Counted from the first letter of the stretch, positions 34,556 through 45,293 are shown. The stretch is DNA of 64,000 bases from Candidatus Aerophobetes bacterium Ae_b3b (GCA_005223085.1 NJBP01000001.1:12895-76894), one strand, 5' to 3'. A program made the numbers and translations. The notes: generated by a model not told the origin, from the sequence alone.

Positions 34556-35058
34556 GTATCGGCCTCCTTATCCAGTTCAAATTCTCTGTGAATAACTCTT
34601 ACTGCCCGCTTTCCTTCTCTTTTTTTAACCGCACAAGAAATCTTTATCTCTGAGGTGCTTATCATATCAATGTTTATTCCTTCTCTACCCAGAGCAGTAA
34701 ACATACGAGCAGCTACCCCCGGGTGAGACTGCATTCCTGCCCCTACTAAGGAAACTTTGGCCATATCTGAATCGTAAATTACTTCTTTAACTTCGGTCTT
34801 TTGCTTTATCTTTCCCATAACTTCCTTAACGTCGTTCAAATCTCCTTCTTCTACGGTGAAGGAGATATCATTGGTTCCTTCTTTCGCACTACTCTGTACG
34901 ATCATATCAACATTGATGTTTGCCTCAGCCAATCCTTTAAATATGAAACCAGCCATCCCAGGCTGATCTGGTACTTGTTTAATAGTTACCTTGGCCTCTT
35001 TTTCATTAAGGACAATCCCTGAGACGATAAAACGTTCCATAGATCCTTCTTTAATCAA
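34552..35058 (-). CDS. lysC: aspartokinase regulatory (tandem ACT) part encoded as a separate ORF
   Basis: 168 aa. [50 protein letters not shown] plus a second ACT ([21 protein letters not shown]). TTG start at 35058 with AAGGAGGGG 7 nt upstream, and an internal ATG at 35040. Confidence 0.8.
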   Translation of the reverse strand: MIKEGSMERFIVSGIVLNEKEAKVTIKQVPDQPGMAGFIFKGLAEANINVDMIVQSSAKEGTNDISFTVEEGDLNDVKEVMGKIKQKTEVKEVIYDSDMAKVSLVGAGMQSHPGVAARMFTALGREGINIDMISTSEIKISCAVKKREGKRAVRVIHREFELDKEADT

Positions 35059-35776
35059 TTATTGTCCCCTCCTTTTGGTTAAAGCTGGAACGAGTATGTA
35101 ATCGAACTCCATATTTTTTGGCTATTTCTACCGCTCGTAGATGGATGACCTGTGCACCTCCACTGGCTAGTTCCAGCATCTCTTCATAGGAGATGCGGGG
35201 AAGCTTTCTAGCCTGAGGAACTATTTGAGGATCAGCCGTATATACACCTTCCACATCGCTGCAAATTTCGCAAAGATCAGCTTTCAAAGCAGCCGCCAGA
35301 GCTACGGCCGTAATATCCGAGCCTCCTCTCCCCAAGGTAGTGATATCATTTTTGAGGGTAGCTCCCTGGTAGCCAGCTACTACAACGATTTTCCCCTTTT
35401 TCAGTTCCTCGAGGATCCTTCTGGTTTCAATTTTTTGAATGCGAGCCCTGGTGTGAGCCTCATCGGTAATTATCCGCACCTGAGGTCCGCTAAAGGCGAT
35501 GGCAGACTCTCCCAACCCATGAAGAGCCATGGTTAATAAAGCACAGGAAACCATTTCTCCACTGGAAAGAAGTAGATCTAGTTCCCTTTTTGGGGGATAC
35601 GGGTTAACCTGGTGGGCAAGATTAAGTAATTTATCGGTAGTATCTCCCATAGCTGAGACAACCGCTACTACTTTTTTGCCTTTCTTTTTTACCCCTACTA
35701 TCCTTTCAGCAATCGCTTTAATCCTCTCCGGACAACTCAGTGAACTCCCCCCATATTTTTGTACCACCAGAGACAA
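35051..35776 (-). CDS. lysC: aspartokinase catalytic (amino-acid kinase) part, ending where the ACT domains normally begin
   Basis: 241 aa. [46 protein letters not shown]. It stops after ...NQKEGTIID, 8 nt inside the next ORF and in another frame. Confidence 0.85.
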   Translation of the reverse strand: MSLVVQKYGGSSLSCPERIKAIAERIVGVKKKGKKVVAVVSAMGDTTDKLLNLAHQVNPYPPKRELDLLLSSGEMVSCALLTMALHGLGESAIAFSGPQVRIITDEAHTRARIQKIETRRILEELKKGKIVVVAGYQGATLKNDITTLGRGGSDITAVALAAALKADLCEICSDVEGVYTADPQIVPQARKLPRISYEEMLELASGGAQVIHLRAVEIAKKYGVRLHTRSSFNQKEGTIID

Positions 35777-35789
35777 TTTCTTCCTCTTC

Positions 35790-36968
35790 TTAACCTCTAG
35801 GCTCCTCCAGAAATGAAGGAATTTTTTCTAGTTGTTCAAGCACGTATTGTCTAATTTTTTGCGGAAAAGGAAGATTCTTGATGAGCTTACCTTCTTTGAT
35901 TATAGGTTTCAAAAGAGGAACAAGTTCCCCTCCACAGCTACATTTTGCTACCGTCTCCTTGGAAGGAAGAATTAGACGAGTACCACAAGAGGAACATTGC
36001 CAGAGTTGTTTTTTTCCGGAACGCTTTCCCTTTTTAGAAAAAGGTTTTCCTTCAATCTCTACGATGTCTAATGAAAAATCTATCACTGGAGCATTGCTTA
36101 TCCAGGTACCTACTCCAAAGCTATCAACCACCTCTCGTAGCTCACGAATTTTCTTCTCATTGATCCCCCCCGAGACCAGAAGTTTTACCTTATTAAATCC
36201 CCTTAAGTTTAGTTCCCATCTCACCTCCTCTAAGAGTTTCAAAAGATCGCCTCTCCTCGAAGGAGGCGTATCCAGTCTCACACCAAAAAGATCTTTACCT
36301 AGTCCCTCAGCAACTCTCAGGGCTTCGAATTTTTCATCTGCTAAGGTATCTATAAGTGCCACTCGTCTCACTCTGGGTTCGATGACCTCATGGAACATTC
36401 GGGTGGCTTCTAAGGTGTCTCCGGCCAGCAAAATCAGGGCGTGGGGAATAGTTCCTATGGGCTCTTCTCCTAAATCTTGGGCACTTTTACTTACAGATAT
36501 GCCATCACATCCGCCGATGAAAGAAGCCCTGTCTATCATGGGGGTTATTCCAGGATGCATTCGCCTTGCCCCAAAATGGATAATAGATTTGCCATCGGCG
36601 GCTTTTTTGCAGCGGGCAGCCCGGGTAGCTACTCCCGAGGCCTGACAAATGAGGCCCAAAAGCGGAGTCTCATAGCACGCGAAATCACTGTAATTTCCCT
36701 CTATAAACAGAACAGGTTCAAAGGGATGAAACAGACTCCCCTCAGGCAAACCCCAGAGATTGATCTTTAATCCCTTAAGAAGATATGCTATCTCATCCAG
36801 ACCTGCTAAAACTGCCCAGGGATAATCCAAGGGAAGAATCCGTGCCCTTACCTCTGCCGTAACCTTTTTATCTATATGTTTGGCTTTAAGAACCCTTACC
36901 GTTCTCTCAAAATAAACATCGGTGACCTTTCCCTTCTTAATATCATCAGGATTAGCAAGGTGGAACAT
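35790..36968 (-). CDS. nicotinate phosphoribosyltransferase, archaeal/Thermoplasma-type with a C-terminal zinc knuckle
   Basis: 392 aa. [41 protein letters not shown], and a C-terminal WQCSSCGT...CSCGG. Confidence 0.8.
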   Translation of the reverse strand: MFHLANPDDIKKGKVTDVYFERTVRVLKAKHIDKKVTAEVRARILPLDYPWAVLAGLDEIAYLLKGLKINLWGLPEGSLFHPFEPVLFIEGNYSDFACYETPLLGLICQASGVATRAARCKKAADGKSIIHFGARRMHPGITPMIDRASFIGGCDGISVSKSAQDLGEEPIGTIPHALILLAGDTLEATRMFHEVIEPRVRRVALIDTLADEKFEALRVAEGLGKDLFGVRLDTPPSRRGDLLKLLEEVRWELNLRGFNKVKLLVSGGINEKKIRELREVVDSFGVGTWISNAPVIDFSLDIVEIEGKPFSKKGKRSGKKQLWQCSSCGTRLILPSKETVAKCSCGGELVPLLKPIIKEGKLIKNLPFPQKIRQYVLEQLEKIPSFLEEPRG

Positions 36969-37088
36969 TATTTACCTCCCCTGTGACTTACAATCTCTAT
37001 TGCTACGTCTACCAAATAAGGCCGATCCTCTTTACTTCTCTATACCAACCTTTTATGGAAAAGTTTGCCGGTCTCACAATTTCTGCCT

Positions 37089-37116
37089 ATCATAATAACT
37101 ATGGCTGGAAAGTCAA
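37089..37116 (-). promoter_or_regulatory. candidate promoter of the NAPRT-lysC-asd transcription unit
   Basis: On the minus strand: TTGACT (37116..37111), 16 nt, TATGAT (37094..37089). Confidence 0.5.
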
Positions 37117-37128
37117 CCAATTGGATGG

Positions 37129-37156
37129 TTGACTTACTAGTCAAAATTATTATGAT
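37129..37156 (+). promoter_or_regulatory. candidate promoter of the 37-aa basic ORF (back-to-back with the previous one)
   Basis: TTGACT (37129-37134), 16 nt, TATGAT (37151-37156). The two -35 boxes form the perfect palindrome AGTCAACCA-attgga-TGGTTGACT. Confidence 0.5.
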
Positions 37157-37206
37157 TGTTGTTCCCATAAATTTTTTCCAGATAAAAATGAGATAATGAG
37201 GAGACA

Positions 37207-37320
37207 ATGACTCAGTATGGAAGGAAACACTTGTCTAACCGAAAGCGAGTAGGCTATCGTAACAGGTCAACTAGGATCATTAAAGCCAAGCGCAGAAAAA
37301 AGAGAAAGCAAATCTCTTAA
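37207..37320 (+). CDS. unannotated 37-aa highly basic protein, possibly a divergent short ribosomal protein bL34
   Basis: MTQYGRKHLSNRKRVGYRNRSTRIIKAKRRKKRKQIS. GAGGAG RBS 5 nt upstream and its own promoter. NRKRVGYRNR and KAKRRKKRK loosely parallel the bL34 motifs KRK.THGFR.R and ARRR.KGRK. It is below the ORF-track length cutoff. Confidence 0.45.
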   Translation: MTQYGRKHLSNRKRVGYRNRSTRIIKAKRRKKRKQIS

Positions 37321-37331
37321 TAGACCAGCTA

Positions 37332-38717
37332 CTATTTCCCGATGCAAAAATGAGAGAAGATCTGGTCCAGGATCTCGTCGGTTACCACTTCTCCGGTAAT
37401 CTCTCCCAGCCGGGAGATCCCTTCTTTTAAATCAAGGGCTATTAATTCCTCCGAAAATTTCTTCCTTAAGCCACCAAGTGCCCTATTTACATGTTGTTTT
37501 GTGAGTTCAAGAGCACATTGTTGCCTCAAGGTTATGATAAGGGGGTTAGAAGTAGGAAGAGTTGCTTCTTTTAAGGCAAAGTTAGCTATTTCTTCTTTGA
37601 GTTGGGCTAGATTAATCTCTTGAGTTGCCGAAATTTCCACCATTTGCTGGCAGGGAAAAAAATATCTAATTCTTTCCTGGTCAACTTTCTGGGGTAGATC
37701 CACCTTATTTATAACCACCAATGTCTTTTTCTTTTCTATCTTTCTGAAAATAGACTCATCTTCTCGACCCAAAGGGCAACTCCCATCCACCACCAGCAGT
37801 ATTATGTTAGCTTCCTCAATTTTGCTCCGAGTCCTTCTCACAGCTTCTTTCTCAACTTGGCTTTCGACTTCTCTAAGTCCTGCTGTGTCAATTATCCACA
37901 AAGGAAATCCTTTGATGATGATCATCTCTTCTATTGTATCGCGGGTGGTGCCAGGAGATCGGCTCACGATGGCTCTTTCCTTCTGAAGAAGGGTGTTCAA
38001 GAGACTTGATTTACCAACGTTGGATTTTCCTATAATCACCGTCTTTAAACCCTGTCGATAGATTCTGCTGGTTTTACCGATTTCTAATAGAGAATCAATC
38101 ATCCTTAGGATCTGCTTGAGCTGGCTTTCTTTCTCTTGGCTCGTTGGCAGCACAATATCCTCATAGCTAAAGTCTATCTCCGCCTCCAAATATGAGAGAA
38201 GATCCACCATTTTTTTCTTAATTCCATCAATCTTCCCGGATAGATCCCCCTTCAACTGATGCACGGCTATCTCTAGATCTTTCTCTGTCTTCGCCTGAAC
38301 TATATCTAACACACTTTCTGCCTGAGAAAGATCAATTCTTCCCTTTAAAAAGGCTCTTTTGGTAAATTCACCCGGTTCAGCTAGACGAGCTCCAAATTTT
38401 AGGGTGAGTTCAAGAGATTTTCTTAAAGGAATCGGGCCTCCATGACAGTTAATTTCTACAATGTCTTCTCGGGTATAAGTTTTGGGAGCTCGCATTAAGG
38501 TAAGCAGTACCTCGTCCACAGGCTTCTCGGCCTCAGGGTCAACTATCCATCCATAGTGGGTTCTAAAAGAGGAGGTCCAGTCAATCTTCTTTCCTTGGGG
38601 AGATCGAAATATTTTCTTAGCTATGGAAAAAGATCTTTCTCCACTCATTCGCACAATACCGATCCCGGATTCACCTACAGGGGTGGAAAAGGTGGAGATG
38701 GTATCTTCTAAACTCAT
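37332..38717 (-). CDS. mnmE: tRNA modification GTPase MnmE
   Basis: GIGIVRMSG, G1 GKSNVGKSSLLN, DTAGLR, NKVDL, and the C-terminal CIGK. Confidence 0.93.
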   Translation of the reverse strand: MSLEDTISTFSTPVGESGIGIVRMSGERSFSIAKKIFRSPQGKKIDWTSSFRTHYGWIVDPEAEKPVDEVLLTLMRAPKTYTREDIVEINCHGGPIPLRKSLELTLKFGARLAEPGEFTKRAFLKGRIDLSQAESVLDIVQAKTEKDLEIAVHQLKGDLSGKIDGIKKKMVDLLSYLEAEIDFSYEDIVLPTSQEKESQLKQILRMIDSLLEIGKTSRIYRQGLKTVIIGKSNVGKSSLLNTLLQKERAIVSRSPGTTRDTIEEMIIIKGFPLWIIDTAGLREVESQVEKEAVRRTRSKIEEANIILLVVDGSCPLGREDESIFRKIEKKKTLVVINKVDLPQKVDQERIRYFFPCQQMVEISATQEINLAQLKEEIANFALKEATLPTSNPLIITLRQQCALELTKQHVNRALGGLRKKFSEELIALDLKEGISRLGEITGEVVTDEILDQIFSHFCIGK

Positions 38718-40213
38718 CTTCCCGTCTTAGCCGGGCTCGGCAGGACCCGTCGTCTGATAATAAAAAACTGCTGAACTATAGAGATAAGGGTAGAGGTAAA
38801 CCAGTAGAGCATTACCCCGGAAGGAAGCGACCATAACATAACTATAATGAAAATGGGGAAAAACTGCATCATCTTAGCCAACCCTTCCTGTTGAGCAGCC
38901 GATTGGGCTTTTTGGGAAACTCTCTGCTGGAGAAACATGGTTCCTCCTAGCGCCAAAAGCAAAGGGATATTGGGCTTAGCCAAATCTTTTATCCACAAAA
39001 AGGAGGGATTTTCGGAAAAAGGAAAATCAAGAAGAACCCGGTAGAGGACAAAGATAATGGGTAGTTGAACTACCATAGGAAGACATCCGGCCATGGGATT
39101 AATTTTATGCTGTTTATACACCTTCATCATCTCTATCTGCAGCCGCTTGGGATCACTCTTGAATTTCTTTTGAATAGCCTTTACTTCAGGCTGCACAGTC
39201 TGCATTCTCTGCATGGATTCAAACTGCTTGAAAGTTAGAGGAGACAAAGCTCCATAAATGAGGAGAGTCAAAAGAATGATGGCTATTCCATAGTTATGAG
39301 TGAAGCTATAAAAGAAGAGAAGAATCTTTCCTAGCCCTACGGAAAGATAGCCCCAGGTACTGACTTTGACTGCGGAAGACAGATGATAATCTTTCCCGGT
39401 TAACTCTTTTATTGTTTGGTTAGCTAATCTGACTTTGAAGACATTCCCCGTACCGGCATAGATTATCCATCTACTCTGGCGTCGCCCATCCCTAAGCCCC
39501 CAATAATTATCTTCAAACATCCCTCCCAGAGGTTGGTTTAGAGAGGCAAGTATTATTAGATCCTTCTTTTGCCGCAGCCCCATCCATTTTATTCCCCGGC
39601 CATAATCCTGTCTGGTTCCTTGCTTGAATTGTTCTTGAAGCTCTTCCTTGAAAAAAGCAAATTGTTCTATACGGTCGCCTTTTGTACCGATACCCTTTGG
39701 CCAGGTCAGGTGGTATTCGCTGCCTAAAGGAAGATCTTCAGTTTCAAGGCTGCACAGTCCATATTCTCCGTGCTGGGAAAGTCCAAAGGTCTTAACTACC
39801 TTAAATCCTCTTTCGCTGTCCTGCCATTCAAAGACGGCTTTTTTCGTGGTTTTATCCAATGTCGATTGAAAATCCATTCCATTCAGATCTATTTCTATCC
39901 CCTCCGGTAAAAACAGATTTAAACCCAGACCAAACCTCCCAGGAGCTATTAACTCTTTCTTAGACCTCTTTAGATACCAGGACTTGATCTTGGCTCCTCT
40001 TGAGACAAAGGTAACTGTCAAGTAGTCGTTTTCTAGAACCAGTTCCTCAGCTGATTCCGGAACAAATGGAATTTGGGAAGAAGGAATTCTTTCCTCTGGA
40101 GCCGGCGAAGGTTTTCTTTTTTGTTCTGGTGGGGCAGTCTGGCGAAAGATAAAAGTCCAGACCACCAGCACCACCACTGACAACACAATAGCTAGAATGA
40201 CATTTTTCTCCAT
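38714..40213 (-). CDS. yidC: membrane protein insertase YidC (long form with periplasmic domain)
   Basis: 499 aa. N-terminal TM, large beta-rich domain, and a C-terminal core NYGIAIILLTLLIY...INPMAGCLPMVVQLPIIFVLY. Confidence 0.92.
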   Translation of the reverse strand: MEKNVILAIVLSVVVLVVWTFIFRQTAPPEQKRKPSPAPEERIPSSQIPFVPESAEELVLENDYLTVTFVSRGAKIKSWYLKRSKKELIAPGRFGLGLNLFLPEGIEIDLNGMDFQSTLDKTTKKAVFEWQDSERGFKVVKTFGLSQHGEYGLCSLETEDLPLGSEYHLTWPKGIGTKGDRIEQFAFFKEELQEQFKQGTRQDYGRGIKWMGLRQKKDLIILASLNQPLGGMFEDNYWGLRDGRRQSRWIIYAGTGNVFKVRLANQTIKELTGKDYHLSSAVKVSTWGYLSVGLGKILLFFYSFTHNYGIAIILLTLLIYGALSPLTFKQFESMQRMQTVQPEVKAIQKKFKSDPKRLQIEMMKVYKQHKINPMAGCLPMVVQLPIIFVLYRVLLDFPFSENPSFLWIKDLAKPNIPLLLALGGTMFLQQRVSQKAQSAAQQEGLAKMMQFFPIFIIVMLWSLPSGVMLYWFTSTLISIVQQFFIIRRRVLPSPAKTGR

Positions 40214-40225
40214 AAATTTTTCCTC

Positions 40226-40468
40226 TTACTTTACCGGATCATAGCCCCCCGGGTTGAAAGGATGGCACCTTATGAGTCTGTTTATACCCAGCCAGCTCCC
40301 TTTCAATAAGCCATATTTTTCTAGAGCCTTTCGGCAATAATCTGAGCAGGTAGGATAAAACCTGCAGGAGGGAGGAAGAAATGGAGAGACGCATAGTTGA
40401 TAAAAGATTATTGCTCCTATCCCCATTTTTCTGACTCCCATCACACCCAGCCAATTATGAGCGTACAT
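40226..40468 (-). CDS. yidD: membrane protein insertion efficiency factor YidD
   Basis: [33 protein letters not shown]...[13 protein letters not shown]. Confidence 0.9.
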   Translation of the reverse strand: MYAHNWLGVMGVRKMGIGAIIFYQLCVSPFLPPSCRFYPTCSDYCRKALEKYGLLKGSWLGINRLIRCHPFNPGGYDPVK

Positions 40469-40542
40469 TTCACTTCCCCTTGATCTTATTATACTTTACT
40501 TTATCTCTCTTTGTCAAGTGATGGAGGTTGATCGCATTAGCT

Positions 40543-40570
40543 TTGACCTTTGGCGAACTTTTTGTATAAT
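40543..40570 (+). promoter_or_regulatory. candidate promoter of the phasin-like/hom unit
   Basis: TTGACC (40543-40548), 16 nt, TATAAT (40565-40570). Confidence 0.5.
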
Positions 40571-40631
40571 AAACCAAGAAGGAGAAAACCCGAAGATTTT
40601 GAAAATTCATAAAAAGAGGTAAGGAGGTGAG

Positions 40632-40931
40632 ATGATGGAAAGCCTGTTAGGTAAGTTTTTGTTATCAGGCCTGGGAATTCTGGTTCTTACTGAGGAGAAG
40701 ATTGTGAAATTTATAGAAGAATTGACTAAAGAGGGAGAGATCACTCAGAAGGGAAAAAAGGAGCTTTTGACAGAGATAATTGAGAAAGGCGAGGAAAAGA
40801 AAAAAGAGATAGAAGGAAAAATAAGGGAGAAAGTGGAAAATATGCTTTCTCAAATGAATGTAGCTACCAAGAATGATATCCAGAAATTGGAAAAGAGGAT
40901 AGCGACTTTGGAGAAAAAGAGAAAAGGTTGA
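40632..40931 (+). CDS. phasin-like coiled-coil protein (COG3937-type)
   Basis: 99 aa. GLGILVLTEEKIVKFIEELTKEGEIT...NVATKNDIQKLEKRIATLEKK. Confidence 0.55.
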   Translation: MMESLLGKFLLSGLGILVLTEEKIVKFIEELTKEGEITQKGKKELLTEIIEKGEEKKKEIEGKIREKVENMLSQMNVATKNDIQKLEKRIATLEKKRKG

Positions 40932-40932
40932 T

Positions 40933-42258
40933 TTGACAGGCAAAGACAGCTATGATACTATGTCGGGCAAAAGGGATTTAGTGATGAAGGACAAGGTAGT
41001 TCACCTAGGTTTATTTGGACTAGGTACGGTGGGAGGAGGAGTAATTGAGCTTTTGTCAAGAAAAAAGGGGAAAGACCACCATAAGTTTGTCCTGGAAAAG
41101 ATTGCGGTCAAGCACTTGGATAAAAAAAGACCTGTCCCGGTTCCTTTGTATCGATTGACTGCAGATCCTAGGGAAATCTTGGCTGATCCTAAGATTGATA
41201 CGGTGGTGGAGGTGATGGGGGGGATAGATCCAGCTAAAGAAATAATTTTAGAAGCTCTAAAAAGGGGTAAGAATGTAATTACCGCTAACAAGGCTCTCCT
41301 GGCCCAAGCCGGGAGTGAGATTTTCAAGCAAGCGCTGGACAGCGGGTGTTATCTAGGAGTGAGAGCATCTAACATTGCTGCTTATCGTCTTATAGAAAGT
41401 TTAATTTCCTCACCTTTCCAGTTCGAGAAATTGATTGGTATCTTTAACGGGACTTGCAACTATATTTTGACAGAGATGGAAAAAAAAGGCGAAGATTTTT
41501 CTCCCATTCTCAAGAAAGCTCAGGAAATTGGCTATGCTGAGCAGAATCCTTCAGATGATATTGATGGTTACGATACTGCTCATAAACTAATTGTTCTACT
41601 TGGTTTAGCCCTGGGTTATTTTCCTCCGTTAGATTCTCTTTTTATAGAAGGGATTAGAAGGATCTCCCACCAAGATATTATCTTTGCCAAAGAATTGGGA
41701 TATAGAATTAAACTTCTAGCTATTGCCAAAAGAGAAGCCAGTGAGCTGGAGGCTCGTGTCCATCCTGTTCTTCTGCCGTGGGGACGAGGTCTAGCTCGTC
41801 TGGATGGGATAGAGAATGGAGTCGAGCTACGGGACGAAGTAGGAGTAGAGATAGGAATGCAGGCACCGGGAGCCGGTAAATACCCTGCTGCCACAGCAAT
41901 TCTAGAAGATTTAGTTAGCGTAGCCCGGGGAAGGAAGTTAATCTATCCTCAACCGAAGAGATATCTGGCCTTTAAAAAAATGGGGGAGATAAAAACCAAG
42001 TATTATTTAAGATTTAATGCTCTGGATGAGGCGGGGGTTTTAGCAAAAATTTCTGGAATTTTAGGTGATCATAATATAAGCATTAAGTCGGTCCTGCAAA
42101 AAGGAGAAAATGAAAAACCACCAGGGGTGGTGCCGGTAATAATCCTTACCCATCGGGCAAGAGAAGACGATATTCAGGATGCCCTTGGTAAAATAGATAA
42201 TTTAACCATAGTAAGGGGAAAATCCTTGCTGATTCGAGTAGAACAAGGAATTTTCTAG
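40933..42258 (+). CDS. hom: homoserine dehydrogenase with a C-terminal ACT domain
   Basis: [51 protein letters not shown], and an ACT tail [22 protein letters not shown]. The true start may be ATG 40984. Confidence 0.9.
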   Translation: MTGKDSYDTMSGKRDLVMKDKVVHLGLFGLGTVGGGVIELLSRKKGKDHHKFVLEKIAVKHLDKKRPVPVPLYRLTADPREILADPKIDTVVEVMGGIDPAKEIILEALKRGKNVITANKALLAQAGSEIFKQALDSGCYLGVRASNIAAYRLIESLISSPFQFEKLIGIFNGTCNYILTEMEKKGEDFSPILKKAQEIGYAEQNPSDDIDGYDTAHKLIVLLGLALGYFPPLDSLFIEGIRRISHQDIIFAKELGYRIKLLAIAKREASELEARVHPVLLPWGRGLARLDGIENGVELRDEVGVEIGMQAPGAGKYPAATAILEDLVSVARGRKLIYPQPKRYLAFKKMGEIKTKYYLRFNALDEAGVLAKISGILGDHNISIKSVLQKGENEKPPGVVPVIILTHRAREDDIQDALGKIDNLTIVRGKSLLIRVEQGIF

Positions 42259-42278
42259 CCATTAGGAGGAAGAAACAA

Positions 42279-43358
42279 ATGTCTACAGTTACTATGAAGG
42301 AGCTATTGGAGGCTGGAGCTCATTTTGGTCATCGAAGGAGTGCTTGGAATCCTAAGATGAAACTCTACATTTATCAGGAAAGAAATCAGATACACATCCT
42401 TGATCTCAGCATAACAGTAAAAAAAATCGAGGAGGCTCGTAAGTTTGTCAGAGATCTAGCGGCGCAAGGAGGAGCTGTGTTATTCGTGGGAACTAAACAG
42501 CAAGCAAAGAAGTGTGTCCAGGAAGAGGCAAAAAGATGCGGAGCTTCTTACATTAACAATCGTTGGTTAGGAGGGTTTTTAACTAACTTTTCCACCGTAA
42601 AGAAAAGGATAGATAGACTTCTCGAGCTAGAAAAACAGGAAGTGGAGGGTGAATGGGAAGTTCTCTCCAAGAAAGAGGAGATGGGTTTTCGCCGGGAGTT
42701 AGAGAAACTCAGACGAAACCTAGCCGGTGTCAAGAACATAACCACGCTTCCTCAAGCTCTTTTCGTGACCGACCTTAAGATAGAAGAGATAGCCGTGAGG
42801 GAAGCAAAGAGACTGGTCATTCCGATTGTAGCTATTGTGGACTCTAACGGTGATCCTAGTCTTATAGATTATCTCATTCCAGCTAATGATGATGCCATAA
42901 AAAGCATTAGACTGATTACATCTAAAATAGCCGATGCTATTTTAGAAGGAAAAACCCTTTGGGAAAAGAAACAAGAAGTATTAGAGAAAGAGGCCGAAGA
43001 GGAAAAAATAAAGGAAGTGGAAGAAGAGATCACTAAGGAAGAATTAGAAGTAAGTGGATCTGACGAAATAAAGGCAGAAAAGGAAAAGGTTGCCGTAAAG
43101 GAAAAGGTTGCCGTAAAGGAAAAAGTTGCCGTAAAGGAAAAAGGAGAGAAAGAGGAGTTAGCTATAGAGCACTTACAACAAGAGGAGAAGCCAGAGATCG
43201 AAACCAGAGAGGAACCGGAGCAGAAAAAAGAAGATGCAGAGAAAAAGCCTAAAGCAAATGAGGGCCAGGATTTGAAAAAGACTGCTAAGGCGGAGAAAAG
43301 TAAAAAAGAAGAGACTACAGGAAGGATGAAAAAAGCAAAATCAGAAAAGGATACTTAA
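42279..43358 (+). CDS. rpsB: 30S ribosomal protein S2 with a roughly 120-aa Lys/Glu-rich C-terminal extension
   Basis: [13 protein letters not shown]...IHILDL...LFVGTKQQA...[10 protein letters not shown]...PIVAIVDSN, then a K/E-rich tail including (KEKVAV)x3. Confidence 0.93.
   Translation: MSTVTMKELLEAGAHFGHRRSAWNPKMKLYIYQERNQIHILDLSITVKKIEEARKFVRDLAAQGGAVLFVGTKQQAKKCVQEEAKRCGASYINNRWLGGFLTNFSTVKKRIDRLLELEKQEVEGEWEVLSKKEEMGFRRELEKLRRNLAGVKNITTLPQALFVTDLKIEEIAVREAKRLVIPIVAIVDSNGDPSLIDYLIPANDDAIKSIRLITSKIADAILEGKTLWEKKQEVLEKEAEEEKIKEVEEEITKEELEVSGSDEIKAEKEKVAVKEKVAVKEKVAVKEKGEKEELAIEHLQQEEKPEIETREEPEQKKEDAEKKPKANEGQDLKKTAKAEKSKKEETTGRMKKAKSEKDT
43080..43144 (+). repeat. 18-bp tandem repeat (3.6 units) inside the rpsB tail
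   Basis: aaggaaaaggttgccgta x3 plus a partial unit, encoding [22 protein letters not shown]. Confidence 0.9.
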
Positions 43359-43381
43359 GAGAATCTTTAAAAAGGTGAGAA

Positions 43382-43990
43382 ATGATGGAAGTTTCACTTG
43401 ATAAAGTGAGGAGGTTAAGAGAGGAAACCTTAGCCAGAATCTTGGATTGTAAGAAGGCTCTGGTAGAGACAAAGGGTGATCTTGAAGAGGCAAAGAGGAT
43501 TTTAAGGAGAAAGGGAATCGAGATTGCTCGGAGAAAAAGTGGTGAAAGAACCGCTCAGGGCATCATTACCTCTTATATTCATCATAATGGAAGAGTGGGG
43601 ACGCTGGTAGAGATTCATTGTCAATCTGACTTTGTAGCAAAAAATTCCGAATTTCAAGAATTCGCCAAGAATATTGCTATGCATATTGCCGCCTCTGACC
43701 CTCGATGGATATCTGCGGAAGAAATCCCGGGAAAGGTTCTTGAGGAAGAAAAGACCATTCTCAAAGCCCAGGCTGAAAAGGAAGGTAAGCCTAACAAAAT
43801 TATTGAGAAAATTGTAGCAGGAAGAATAAAGAAATTTTATTCAGAGGTCTGCCTTTTAGAACAACCCTTTTTTAAGGATGAGAAAAAAACAGTCCGGCAA
43901 CATCTTGAGGAGTTTATCGCCAAAGTAGGTGAAAATGTAAAAATTCACCGTTTTGTGAGATACCAGCTAAGAGAAGGTCAAAATAATTAA
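43382..43990 (+). CDS. tsf: elongation factor Ts (short form)
   Basis: [70 protein letters not shown]. Confidence 0.9.
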   Translation: MMEVSLDKVRRLREETLARILDCKKALVETKGDLEEAKRILRRKGIEIARRKSGERTAQGIITSYIHHNGRVGTLVEIHCQSDFVAKNSEFQEFAKNIAMHIAASDPRWISAEEIPGKVLEEEKTILKAQAEKEGKPNKIIEKIVAGRIKKFYSEVCLLEQPFFKDEKKTVRQHLEEFIAKVGENVKIHRFVRYQLREGQNN

Positions 43991-44712
43991 TGAGCCAATC
44001 AGAAATTAGATGGAAAAGGGTTCTTCTGAAGATAGGAGGGGAAAGTTTTGCTGATGAAAAGGGCTATGGGATTTCATCTTCTCGGGTTAGCTTGATTTCT
44101 CGAGAGATAAAAGAAGTAAAAAAATTGGGCGTACGAATGGGGATAATGGTAGGAGGAGGTAATATCTTCCGAGGTGAGGTAGCTAGCAGAGAAGGAGTTG
44201 ACAGAGCTACTGCTGATTATATGGGAATGTTAGCTACTGTCCTTAATGCCTTAGTTCTTCAGGACACTCTGGAGGGGATGAAGGTGGTTACCAGAGTGCA
44301 GACCGCTATTGGGATGCAAGAGATTGCCGAACCTTATATTCGAAGAAGAGCTCTGCGTCATCTGGAAAAGGGAAGAGTTGTTATCTTCGCAGGAGGTACA
44401 GGAAATCCTTACTTCACTACCGACACAGCAGCCGCCCTGCGTGCCTTAGAAATAGAAGCAGAGGTCATTTTAAAGGCTACTAAGGTGGACGGGATCTATT
44501 CTTCCGATCCCCTTAAGAATAGAAAAGCAAAGAAATTTGATAAAATAGACTATATTGAGGTACTCAATCGCCGATTAGGAGTCATGGATGCAACGGCAAT
44601 CTCGCTCTGTATGGATAATCAGCTTCCTATCATTGTCTTTAATCTTCACCAAAAGAGCAATATCAAAAGGATACTCCTGGGAGAAAAAGTAGGCACAATT
44701 GTCACTAGATAA
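43990..44712 (+). CDS. pyrH: UMP kinase
   Basis: [63 protein letters not shown]. Confidence 0.93.
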   Translation: MSQSEIRWKRVLLKIGGESFADEKGYGISSSRVSLISREIKEVKKLGVRMGIMVGGGNIFRGEVASREGVDRATADYMGMLATVLNALVLQDTLEGMKVVTRVQTAIGMQEIAEPYIRRRALRHLEKGRVVIFAGGTGNPYFTTDTAAALRALEIEAEVILKATKVDGIYSSDPLKNRKAKKFDKIDYIEVLNRRLGVMDATAISLCMDNQLPIIVFNLHQKSNIKRILLGEKVGTIVTR

Positions 44713-44735
44713 AATACCTTAAAGCAGAGGAAGCA

Positions 44736-45293
44736 ATGTTAAAGGAAATTTGTCAGGAAAGCAAGGAAAGAATGGAGGAGTCTATTGGCAGTCTCTCCGA
44801 AAGATATGCCCGAATGCGAGGAGGAAGAGCTCGGGTGGATTTAGTCAGTGGGATAAAAGTCGATTGCTATGGCTCAAGGATGAGCCTGGAGCAAATCTCC
44901 AATATTTCTATTCCTGAGCCTCGTCTTATAGTTATCGAACCATGGGACAAATCCGTTTTGGGACCCGTAGAAAAGGCGATCTTAGCTTCTGATTTAGGTA
45001 TAAATCCTACCAATGATGGAACCATAATTAGGTTAGCTGTTCCCCCTTTGACTGAGGAAAGACGGGAAAGGCTAGCCAAGATGATAAAGCAGTGGGCAGA
45101 AGAGACGAGAGTAAGTGTTAGAAATGTACGCCGAGAGGCAAGAGGGAAAATAAGCGATCTGGAAAAGAACAAAGAAATTTCTGAAGATGAGAAAAAAAGA
45201 GCCGAAAAGGATATCCAGATACTCACCGATGATTTCATAAAAGAGATTGACGAGTTTCAGGAAAGGAAAGTAAAGGAGATCTCTCAGGTTTAG
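44736..45293 (+). CDS. frr: ribosome recycling factor
   Basis: 185 aa. IPEPRLIVIEPWD, NPTNDGTIIRLAVPPLTEERR, VRNVRREA. Confidence 0.93.
   Translation: MLKEICQESKERMEESIGSLSERYARMRGGRARVDLVSGIKVDCYGSRMSLEQISNISIPEPRLIVIEPWDKSVLGPVEKAILASDLGINPTNDGTIIRLAVPPLTEERRERLAKMIKQWAEETRVSVRNVRREARGKISDLEKNKEISEDEKKRAEKDIQILTDDFIKEIDEFQERKVKEISQV

Noticed and set aside
40239-40454. An alternative 71-aa frame inside yidD.
   Set aside because: The other frame (40226-40468) carries the unmistakable YidD motif ([10 protein letters not shown]...RCHP..GG.DPV).
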